A DNA stretch of 64,000 nucleotides from contig CM120646.1 of assembly GCA_051362555.1 (NCBI GenBank), forward strand, positions 6,820,001-6,884,000. The letters run 5' to 3'. The stretch comes from Lingula anatina. Its lineage: Eukaryota; Animalia; Brachiopoda. How positions within the stretch are numbered: position 1 is the stretch's first letter; each line of letters opens with the position of its first letter. Below the pieces are notes generated by a model. That model was not told the DNA's origin, searched no databases, and saw only the letters and a program-made list of their open reading frames with translations. A program made the translations under genes and the position numbers. This document shows, piece by piece, positions 1-12,100 of this stretch.

Positions 1-1811
1 TCAGGATAACTAACGGCGATGGTCGGGAAGAAAAACCACATAAATAATTTTTGCTCATAAATCAAACTGATGCATGATAAATAGACAAACAAAGCGAACT
101 TAATTTAGAGATAAAAAATAAATGAAGGCCGCCGTCTATTTTCATAATTGAAATGTAATACGAACTCTTTCATTTTACCATAGGAACGTCTCCATCTGTT
201 CGCGCCCTCTCGTGTCAAACAAAGGAGCCTCTTGAAGCAAAAGAGCGATGACGTCATCCAAGTCATTTTCAATTGAGCGTGGCTAGCTACCGCAGAAGTT
301 TTCATTGAACGTTTTATCTTAAACACACCTATACACACAGGGAAATAAGTCATAAATATCCGTCTATGTACAAGGTAAACTAATAAAATTACTAGGCGGC
401 AACTTTCAAAGGGGCAGTTATTCGCAAGTCTGTCAACAGCCAAGGCTGGTGGCATGGGTTGGCCGGGGAGCCCCAGTTTTGTGATTAATTCCCCTTTTGA
501 GATAAACGCGTTCGGTTCAGTGAAACTCAATGGTAAAAACAGGTGTGATTATTTTCTTGTCACTGGAAATACGCCTACGAAATTATACGATAGAGAGGTT
601 TGTACCCATTGGTACCATTGCTCAATATTAAATATTACATATATTTAAACAGCGATAGTTTTTAATCATATCAGTAATTTGGGGGGAAGTTTGAAGGCCG
701 ACACTCCCATCCCCGATAGTAAAGGCACTGCAGTGAAGAAAGTAGCCGCTCAACAAAATAGTAAACACTTATAAACATGGTATTTTTAACATTTTATAAC
801 ACAGCCTAATCCTCAGTTGTTGACTTAAAAATGATAATTTGGTATGTTAGGTATAATTGACATACAAAAAAAAAAAAAGTATTTTGAATTGTGTAGTATG
901 CCTGGTTTTCATGGTACACCATGCTTATTTGTAAATATACATGTAAAGCTACTTGTTGAGTTATATTATACTAAAATGTAAAACAGTCGTGTATTCTGTA
1001 TCAAATTTTAACTAACGTGGTAACTGGTTAGCATAATGCAACTAAAATATGTCAAGTCCATATACAATATGATGTCAACATAGGTGTATATAAACAGTAG
1101 ACACAGTGGTCTTTCCTCCTTCTTTCCAAAAAAAAAATAAATGAAACAATAAAAAATAAATAAATAAATAAATAAATACTCTCCAACAAAAATTGTTTTT
1201 AACTAGTACGGAATGAAGAATATGGAAGTCCAGGGTTTCCCAGAGTCTGTACGATGAGATTGAAATTTAATCAGTAAGGGTTTAATTATTTCAAAACAAG
1301 TTTTAAATATTTGTAAAATCTACGTTATCAATGTTTGTCTTGATTTTGAAAGTATCTGGCATCTCCTAGAAAAAAGCTGCGTGAAATAGAATATAGACTG
1401 GGGTATTGAGAAAACGGCTTTTTATACGGACACATGCTCAAAGTTTTATTATGAAATAATTATTAGATTTCACATCGGGGGAAACTTACACGTGCAGTAA
1501 AAAAAAAGAAAGAAAAGAAAATGGAATGTATTGAGATCTAGAGATGTGTCCCAACTAATGTGATTATATTATTGACCTCATACGCACTTTTCAGGTCGGT
1601 TATGATCAGTAAAGTGCAATGATTGCGGGAATCGGCCATAAACAACATTTGAAAAGTTCATGTCAATTACGCTGATCTTAATAAACCGCTTGAGCCCAAA
1701 ATAAATGAGCAAACGAAAGGAAAATATAAATAAGAAGCTCTTAATAATTTTGACTCTAGAATAATATTTCTTTTAATGCTCTAGTGTAAAGAAAAAGTAT
1801 TTTAATTTGAT

Positions 1812-3983
1812 TTTATTTAATTTCAACGCGTGGTGTCTATTCAATGCTGGAATATCACACTTTGAAATATGCTTAATTTATGGCGCCACAAATCTTCTGT
1901 CAAATGGATAGATCATATTAAATGAGGTGCTTTGTTCAATTAGGCCCTTAAAACTTCTGATACGAAAAGTATGCAAGCAACACAACTCGTTTCGATTGAA
2001 ACTACTTCACATTTGCAGATTAATACAATGTGGTTTGAAATAAAATCATTTTTCGTCGAACGTAGAGAATGAACTTAAAACCAGTCAGTTGACATCAGAA
2101 AATATCCCCTGTTTTATTGGTCTGCTGAGTGCAAAGGTTGTAGAAATCGTTACCCTAAATTGTTTCCCATAGAGGAAAGCATACATACATACATATATAA
2201 AGAAAACAAACACTTATATTATTACGTGATATATACGTCATCTAAACATGCGGAAACAACTGCCAGGGTACACAACTAAAGAAAGAAAATGTTACCCATA
2301 AAAATACAATGATCATCTTAATAGTCACCAGTTGACCTTCGAAATGTTCGCGGTTTTGGCGAAATATTTACCAATGTTTTCAGTTCAAAACATTAATATA
2401 AACGTGCTGCACATTTTCTACTCTACATTTTCATCTGCATCACTTATATTTCAAATGTTTGGTTTGTACTGATTGATAAAAATAAAACTATCAAGGTCCA
2501 GTGGTTGCAAAAGCATCAGTAAGTGGCACAGACAAACATAGAAACATACAAGTACTAGTCAAAATAACACTTACTGTACATATCTATACATTTTCTATAA
2601 ATTACTCCCCGTGTGCCGAGAATTGCTACCCATGCTTTAAGACTTTTCCTTGCACCGGTCTTTATTTACATATATAGCTTAAATTTCAACGTAACATTTA
2701 ACACCTATTTTTACGATATTAAACCCTGTCACAAAATAAGTGTAACTATGTGTGTCAAATAGGCATCTACATTGTATCCCACTGATAATTAAAAACAGAT
2801 CAAGATGTACTATTTAGTACATTTAAATGCTCAAGTTTTTACACGTTTTTACGCAAGTTTTTTCGACACACTCGGAGTTGATACAATTTGACCATAACGA
2901 TGTTCATTACTCATGAAAAACTTTGCAACTGATGAAGTTTTTCCGAGTTACCGCTGTCAGTTCCCGTCCGTTAGAAACAAAACCGAAATATGAATTGAAG
3001 TCTGTTCTGAAATGTACATTTTACTAAAAAAACTCAATTTTAATCATCGAATTCAATAGAACACTTTTGATCATCTCTTCAATATTAAAGTCGATCTTCA
3101 TATTTGAAAACGCGGCCCAACACTTTTGCATAGATGCTCAAATTAAAAGACGTGCAATTTTTCAGTTTAGAAAGTTTTGAAATATTGTCTTTTGTTTGAT
3201 ATAACAGAACCTGGCAAGGCACAAGCACAACATATATGCAACAAGACTTAACGATTGTTTATACTAATAAACAAACTACAATTAATTATTTTGGACCATA
3301 CCCTCTGATCCTTTGTCATACTTTCTGAGACGTTTGTCTTTAAAAAAATACTAAAAATCTCCAACAATAAATATGGTTTTCAAAAATGCCTTTCGACACA
3401 CACTGTCATGGTTTAAATTACCACAGCATAATCTAGACGACATGCAGGGCATTGCAAGTTCATTACACATTCAAAGTGATGTAACAGACATGACGGTTAG
3501 TCCAACCCGTAGATGATTGCCTTGTCGTCTGTTATTCTGTATAACAAAGTGCTTCAGAATTCCTTAGCATTCCGTTGGGTATTTCTAAGTTTTGGGGTGT
3601 GTTTCACTGTCGCGTTTACACGGCACTGGTTTTCTAAGAACAGTCACTTAGGGATGATCGTGAGATCCGTTTGAAGGGCGTTTTATTTTGTTTTGTTAAA
3701 AAAGTTACGCCACCGTCAACAGATCTACTTCCGTTAATGAGATCAAAGTTTTTTCTTTGGTAAAGCTGACGATTTACAGTTTGATCAGACATCTTAATCT
3801 CTTTACCTGAAAACACTTGGAAGACACCTGTCGAAGTTCCTTTCTTTACATCTAAAATAAACAGTCAGTCCATATACCCTGTCTGGTCCTCACGTATAAT
3901 CAATCTCAAACGGAGAGTTGTTTTACATGTACCGATGTCCTTACTGAGCCCGTAGTGAAGATTATCATCATCTCCTATAGATG
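1812..3983 (-). other. Lox4: Putative Lox4 3'UTR (extent uncertain)
   Basis: Lies downstream of the stop. Minus-strand AATAAA at 3687-3682, 2666-2661, 2118-2113 and 1817-1812. Contains many miRNA seed matches and one Pumilio element (2670-2663). Confidence 0.55.
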
Positions 3984-4354
3984 TCACTCTTTTATTGAGT
4001 CCGAACTGTTGCCATTAATGGAGGCTTTATTCAGATCTGTAGTACCAGAATTACATTTACTGTTATTATTGTTACTACTGCTATTGTTGTTATTGTTACT
4101 GCTGCTACTGCTTATAATGGGCTTCTTCAGGGTATCGTTTATTTCTTTGATTTGCTGCCGTTCTTTCTTTAACTTCATCCGCCGGTTTTGAAACCATATT
4201 TTGATTTGTCTTTCAGTCAGACAGAGCGCATGCGCAACTTCTATCCGCCGCTTCCGAGTAAGATAATGGTTGAATTGGAATTCTTTTTCAAGTTCCAAAG
4301 TTTGAAATCTACTGTATGTCTGTCTTCCCCGGCGCCTTTGAGCTGAATTTGGAC
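3984..4354 (-). CDS. Lox4: Lox4 homeobox exon (last coding exon)
   Basis: Encodes [73 protein letters not shown]. This is a central-class homeodomain with Lox4-type residues ([18 protein letters not shown]) and a UbdA-like QIKEIN parapeptide. Acceptor CTGTTTTGTTTTCAG|GT ends at 4355; TGA at 3986-3984. Followed by an S/N-rich tail. Confidence 0.95.
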
Positions 4355-6111
4355 CTGAAAACAAAACAGCAGATGACAATCAAGAATATGCAAATTCGTC
4401 AAAATCACTTTCGAAAAAAAAAATAAATAAATAAAAGCGACTATACAGGTAGCTTAAACTATTTTTTTTAGTTAAGAAGACGTTTTTAATTCATTTTTAA
4501 AGGCTCAAATGATAGTAACTTAAATATCCTAATTGAACGCAATAAACAGTTTTAAAAATGTTTTGTAGGGTGCTTATAAAACGGTCAATATTCACAGTAT
4601 GCTTCAAACAAATGTAATAAGAGCTATTAAAGAGAGAGTTAAGATGACAAACAATCACAGATGCCAAAGCTTTAAAACTTCTCTGAAAAAGATAGAGTGC
4701 GCTTTACATTTATATTAACTTTACCGTGTGATTTATTGGCGTTACTTGAGTCTGATATAAACGCCAGTTATCTTATCACTGTGTTTTGTTGAATTTTTCT
4801 ATCGATCGCAATCATTTCACAACTCTCAAGTGCAAAGCTCGATTTTGTGGCAAGTTTTATTTCAACTGATCGATACTTAATAAACGAAAGGTATTGGTTT
4901 TGGGAAGCACTTGTTTAAATGACGTGTTTAAGTGTGCAAACAATTCTAAAAATTAATGAACAATAAAATATTATACAAAGTTGGAAACTCATCATTTTCT
5001 CCTACTCATTTTGTCAATCTTTTCTGTTTCATTCAAATTCCAAAACCAAGCTTAAAAATCATATGATCATTGAAATCTTAACAAATAAATTTGCTATAAC
5101 TATTAAAAATATTTATGCACTTCATAACAAACACAGAAAAAAGGACGCAGTTATCAATTTAACATTGGCCGTCAATGTTTTGCCTTGGTCTTATCACAGC
5201 GACCTGATTACGATATCCCTCCGCAGATGGAGAAAGGCCGGGGGCATTGAGGACTTTAACACGGCGTATTTACCTTTCATTGGCGCGTAACAGCTTCAAA
5301 CAACAACAGGAAATACGGGAACATTAAAGAGATAGCGTTTCCTTGTCCTCTATTTCTTAATTATATAGCTGGTCGTCTCATTGATGTCTGTATACATGCG
5401 CTGTCTTAATTTGTCATTTTTTATGTGGGTTTTATATGGCACCTAATAATTTTCCCTTTTTCCTCAATGAAAAAGTATTTTCACCCTACTAGTATGTTTG
5501 AATAGGTAGCTGATTCCAATATCGGGATAATGGGAAAACGGTTACTATTCCACTGAAGAGATTCCAAATTGAATTTGTTGTCTAAATCGTGGTCGGTTGC
5601 GATCTTATAACCGTTTTCTTTTTCTTTTTTCTTTAATCATTCAAATTCAATGACAAGTTGTTCCGGTTTAAACACCTGCGACGTTGTCGGATGCTTTGAC
5701 TTTTATAATTTTCGTGGAAAATTATGGTTTGGATGTCCTTTGGTATTGGTCGGCTGAACTTATCACTGTCAAAGCCATATCGTGGCAAGTCGTCAACATT
5801 TTAGACTGTTTCGGAAATGAATATGGCAGGCTAAAATTGAATTAGTCGTGTAAAAAAAAGCATGGAAGTTCCACGTGCAAAATACAAAAACAACGGATAC
5901 AGAAGTTCGACCGGTCGAAAAATATATATTGATACAATTGCTCACGCTCAATCTATTTCATGATCAAGTGATTAACGTTGTTTAAGTAAAGTTTACTTTT
6001 GAATCAGAAAAAAATCGATGATTGATTAAATTTACTGCAAACCGACTTAATTACGATTTAACATAGTCTGGTGTCGGGATTAACGCAGCATAGAAAAACA
6101 AAGCAATTCAT

Positions 6112-6114
<3 letters not shown>

Positions 6115-6145
<31 letters not shown>
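6115..6145. repeat. (GA)n microsatellite
   Basis: Read directly from the sequence. Confidence 0.95.
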
Positions 6146-6150
<5 letters not shown>

Positions 6151-9100
6151 CACACTAAATTACATCTCCATACTATTTTGAAAAAAAAAAAAACAAGAAC
6201 GACCCCAAACTTCAACGGAGTGCATGTTAATTTAGAGACCTCGTTCACGAAATAATCCTAACAATTCTACTTCTACATATTATCCCGTACAGTCGGTATC
6301 AAAACTGGATTTAAGACAAACCAGTTTCAAACAGGAATGTATATAATAACTACAATTTTTATTACCCTTTAATACTCAAACATGGTGGTACAAATAATTA
6401 CTATTTATACAACCATTATCTAAACTTAAATAGGTTCCACATGGAGTATAGCATACAATAACTGACTTTAATTTTCCATGATATTCTATTTATTTAATCT
6501 TCAGCAAACACCTGTGTGTAGGAAATGTGCAGAAGTGATGGATCTAGTTAGATAACTTTGGTAATGTCCGCATTTATTTCAAGTATGTCGTTCTTCACTG
6601 GGAAAATATTGCTTATAAAAGTATATTCGTTTTACAAACTTATAACGTATAAAAAAACATTTACTGGCTACCTTCTAGTTTGTCGCATAACTGACTATCG
6701 ACTATAAAAAGGCTTCTCTTTACAAGAAAAACTCAACAAAACTTCCAATTCTTTTTCTTTTGCCCTTGGTAACGAGTCACCGTTACCTACCATAGCAACT
6801 GATTTGTGATGCAGGAATTCGTAACCAAAAACACTGGTGGTTTTGCAGCACTTCATCAATTAGACACACAATTTGTCAAGTTAAGAAATATATTCAGAAA
6901 AGCGGTAGGAGAACAAAAGTGCCACTGAAGTGTTTGTTGGGACTTGTGAAAATATACTGCGTGTACTAAAAAAAAACTCCTGATGATAGTCTCGCCAAGC
7001 AGAAGTCATCTGTTACCGAGTCAGAAAGTATTTAACAGGTTATATCATTACCTGACGGCCTAGTCAATCCTTAATTTTAACCATAATTAAGGAACCCCTG
7101 TCACAAGCCGATTGTTTAGATACATGTTATTACTTAATTTTCTATTAAGGGTTTTATTGCATTTACTCTCTCTTAAATTCCTAGACAAAGTTCAATATGT
7201 ACTGTAATTATAGATATTTATATCAACGACGAAGTTTGAATGCACTTGCATTCTTTCTCATTTTCTCTATTTGCATGCTTTCGATAAGATTAATAGTGAC
7301 GAAGTATTTAGTCAGTAAAATCTAATGGCTGTCCTTAACATGACAACTCCACGTCAACCGAACGTGTCTGTCATAAGTTTGACATGAATGAAAGCTGTCA
7401 GGGGCGACGCTCTCCACTGCGCGGAGGCTGATAGTTGTAAATCATGAACTAGGACCCACAGTAGTATGTCGTAACCCCACATCCCCCCAGAAGGACAAGT
7501 CGTTCTAGTTGTCGTGAATCATAACGCGTCACTGTAGAACAAGAAATCAACTCTGAATGTAAAAAGAAATGTATGACCCTGCCGGTATCGTTCATTTCTC
7601 AAAGCTATATGGGTAGACCAGACAACAATTGTCTTAAACGATAAGTATTTTTCTTGCTTCAAAATGTTCTTTTTACAAAACACGCCTTAATTATTTCGTG
7701 TTCGTTCTTCGACAATGTAGAAAAAGGTTGACTTTTAAAACAAACCCTTTGGTTTAATCTATTCACTGTGATGTCAAAATTGCTTTGCTGATTTTTCATT
7801 AACAAAAAGGCCAGCCCTCATACTGACGCGACGACTACTACAATCAGCCCGTATCGGATAATAACAAGATAAAGTTGAACTTGCAATAAATGCCAAGAAT
7901 AATGCTAAATGTCACCCGTATGGAACACATACACATATTTCATTCACAATTATTATACTCTTCATACGGGTAGTTGTCTAATTTCATAGTTATTTACTAC
8001 TTTCCAAAATAATTGAAAGCAGTATAGAAAAAGGCTCAGTAACCGTGGAGGTCTTTTTTCTACCATTGCAAGAATTACACGGATTTAATTTCATTTAAGA
8101 GACTATGCAATTGCGATGAATCCGGTGAATCATGTTTGTTACTATAAAGTTTTATTCATTTCTTCTACGCAGGCTTGAATACCGTGGTCTGTACGAGATG
8201 CACCGGTTTAACGGCACTTGCAAAAAACGGAAATAATCCCAAGCTGCAAAGCTGGCAGATCGTGGTATGGTAGCTTCCTCCACACAACAGTTGCTTCTAT
8301 TTCGATTCCTTAACCTTAGCGCCAAGCAAGCCGCAGCGGTGTCGGCGAGGTCTGCGAGAGATTATTCAACCATTGTCCATGAAATTTCCTTTTTTAATTC
8401 CAGAGCTGCCAAGTTAATATCATAGGAAGCAACGCGAGCGTTACGTGTAGTGATATGCTTCAAGCGCAAGAGCGATTTCTTCATAGCGCCAAGAATTTCC
8501 TCAAAACGTCGGCAATATATAGCATTTTCTTTTTCTACGGTGCCTTGTAACAAATGGAGCGAGTTCTATAAAAATTCCGTCCGAGAAGTTGCGTTCCAGT
8601 TAGCATTTCAAAGGGAACTGCACAGTTTTAACAGCACTTTGGCACACTCATATCAATGTTCAGTGATTACGTGCCATTGCTCTCCAAAAGCACGTTCAAT
8701 AATTGTGGCAAACATTCAATGAGGCAAATAAATGATTTTGAAATAAATAAATGTTTTTTTTTTTTTTTTGGGGGGGGGGGAGAGAAGTGGACTTCATAAG
8801 CGGGTGGGGGCGTAGAAAGGGTTGCAAATAATTCCAGGTCTATTTTTAAACAGTAAAATTATTAACTGAATTCATATTGATAAACGCTTTTGCGAGCCAA
8901 CAATTAGATTTACAATTGAAATATTATTCTGTTTCTAAATATAGTAATATCACTTTTTCAAATCTTACCGTATCATTTCTTATTTCTATTCCACTAACTG
9001 AGGACTTTTTTTTCATTTTCAAGTTAGCTTTTTTAAATTTAAAAAAAAAATGAGTAATTCCATGACTTGTGTCACAATCGTTTCCAAGTTTGACAAGATG

Positions 9101-12100
9101 AGTGGCCAAAATGTGGTTCATGAAAAATTACAATTATTTGTAAAGCTGCCAGATACTAGCTCTGACAATAATCAGTCATTCATTTTTTTTCTACCATGCC
9201 TGTATTTCTTTGTCCTTGTTTTTCTTTGTATCTACAAAAACATATCATCTGTATGAGCAGTGACATTTAATGCGATCTTTCCAATTCTAAAAACGTGGCA
9301 GCCGAAACTTCCAACGCCGTCTGATAAATCGATGGTCCGTAAAAATGGCTTCGGATTTCTTAGAAGTTTACGTATCAGCGGCGAGAGCCTCTGAGTGTTT
9401 ACAGGGTAAAATAGACCCCCTCGTGTCTGCGAGGCAATCTGGCGTCTGGATCGACAAGAAATCCGGAGCAAGTAACAGAAACATGGTTCCTGTTGAAACA
9501 ATTCGAATTTATCATCTCAAAGTGTGTTATACACAGTAACAGTTCAGGGCAATTTTCGTTTGCGCTAATGGGACATGGTTTCTTCCTGCACAAGCTTGTC
9601 GAATATTCACTTTCTACATTTTAATAGATTCTTTTTTATTCTTATTTTCATTCTTATATTTCATGTTTTTTTTTTTTTTTTTGAAAGAAGGGGGGGAGGG
9701 TGGCACTCTTTAGAATTATCATTCCTAGTCCATAATTTGCGTTACCCAGCCATTTAGAGCCAAAACAAAAATATTAAAGCAGCCATATCCTTAACGTCAC
9801 TTTATCTACCTCCCTCGTACGACAAACCATACACTTTTAATGTGCCTCTCCAACTGCAACAGTGCCAGTTTATTGCTCTGAGTAGAGGAGAAAAAAACAA
9901 CCCTGTGTAAACAGTAACTTGGACCAGAACACCAATACCTAACCACCACTTAAAATGGAACACCCAAAATTACGGAAATAGCTAATCAGAACACATCAGT
10001 CTTGCAAATCAAGTCCAGATCTTCCTTGCCGCAGAACAAGACGCGCTATGGAGGCCTAGACTTAATAAAGGCACTATAGGATTGGGGCAACATTATCTGC
10101 AAGGCTGCCATGATGACCTTTTTGCAGTGGCTGTCTGTGTAAGATCATGTAAAGTTAATTAACTGTCATTTCTGTCTTTATCTATTTTATTGTATTTATG
10201 TTTTCGTTTATTTCACTTCTTTTATTTCAACAAAGATTGGTCTAATTCAGTTTTTTCCTGTATTTCTTTTTTTTTCGGAATTAAACTTCTATGACTTCCC
10301 AATGATTTTATCCTGCACTTAAATGATTGATGTAGATGATACCAATAAATGTTTTTGTCTTTGTACATAGTCGATTTAAGACATATTTCCATTTGATCAA
10401 TTTAAAGAACGGATACTCATAATATTCAGAGGCATCTGCACAAAAGTTTACAGTTATAACGACCCTCTGTGTAGTGCTTAAGTAATTATTTGTAATTTTT
10501 TTCCATTAATCATCTCAACAGGTAAACACTTAGCGCAATATTCGAAACTTTCTTCTTAAACACAGGGCCATAAAAAACGCACAACAAAATGACGGTATAT
10601 AAACAAATGATAAGCAAACAAATAATATGGAATTATATAAATTTCTAAATTTTATAGCCGTTTCAACCAACAAATAAACAGGAAGACAGATGAACCAAAA
10701 TAACTCAACTACTCTTCTTCCTACCCGCGATGACCCTTTGGCATCTACCGGGAACAAATGGGACTCTTGAATTTCAATTTCCGCCATTATCGTCTGCGAA
10801 GCGCCTCCCAAAATTTGCTCACTGGTGCAATTTATAAGTACCGCCATTTTGGTTGAAAGTTGTTGATTTATGCATAAGCAAAGAGTTTGAGATTTTAGCG
10901 TTGTTTGAAAATATGCTTTTAAGCCACTTCTGCCAACTTAATCAAAACGCTGACTGTGTTTTAATAATAGTACATAAAGAGCTAGGTGCAGAACCAGAGT
11001 TAGTTTCTGGCACCATTTTGAATTTGTTGACAATCTTCCCTGGGTTATAATGGAGTGTGGGGAGACCTTAGGAATAACTTATAATGCTCAATCACTTCAG
11101 ATATGTTCTATAACCTTGTCATTTGTGTTATCTACATAATTTGATCGAACTTTCTACGTTTTAGTAAGTACATGTATCTCTGCAACTAAACACATCTTGC
11201 ATGAGCTAAATAAATTTTTTTTTAAATTCTTATGGGCAGCAAATGTAACTGTCTGGTGACGAGATATATCGCAACCCTTTTCACATTTTAATCATTACAC
11301 TCCTCTACTCGGCGTAACAGCTGGTAACTATGAAATAAACATTCGGTTTCGTATAGCATAGGTGACACATTTTACGACCCATCCAAATTATTCCTCAATT
11401 AAGGCGTACACAAAGTCACCGGATGATTTAGGCTGTCATTTCTACACAATGGCCATGATCTATCTTAATTACATATACTGTCTATTGAATAATATGTCTT
11501 AAGACTAATGTAAAGTTAAGAAAAAGAAAAAAAGAGGTAAGAAAGATTTGCATGAAGATATTGAACTTAAGTACTATGTTTGAGTCCCGTAAGTTGTGAT
11601 GGAGAATTGATGGAAACAATGTTCAATTAATTTTATTCTAGCAACTGCCATTTTTTCTGTGTTTATTTATAGCCTAACCAAACTATATCTGCCATTTCTT
11701 TCGAATCGTTTTCCATCCACCAATATGTACCGGCTTCAATACGAAAGTGCCCCAAGCTTAACAGACCCAATGCCCTGTTAAATTTGAACAGTGACTATTA
11801 ATCTATACGTATCTGCATACATACATACTTTATACAGTCATATTTTGTATCAAATCATAGTCCAGGTTTAGTTGTACAGTTATTGTGCTTATATTCCCGA
11901 TAGGTTACCCCTAGGTTTACAATGTATCACGTAATTCAATAACCGTGCATTAGCCAGTCTCGTGATGTGAGATTAGATAAGACCTGGATAATGAAATATT
12001 TAACTACGGCGGGTCATTCTGGGGAGACGACATCTGGTTAATTGAAGACTAAGAATTAACAATTAACCACTTTACTGAGATATATTCTATAGTATCTTAG

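Noticed and set aside
3500-3585. miR-100-like sequence considered as a plus-strand miRNA gene
   Set aside because: No complementary 3p arm within hairpin distance; interpreted as a target site on the minus-strand mRNA.
3892-3898. ACGTATA, a possible iab-4 seed site
   Set aside because: Only a 6mer seed match, iab-4/iab-8 is not known in lophotrochozoans, and no iab-4 or miR-196 hairpin was seen between Lox4 and Post2.
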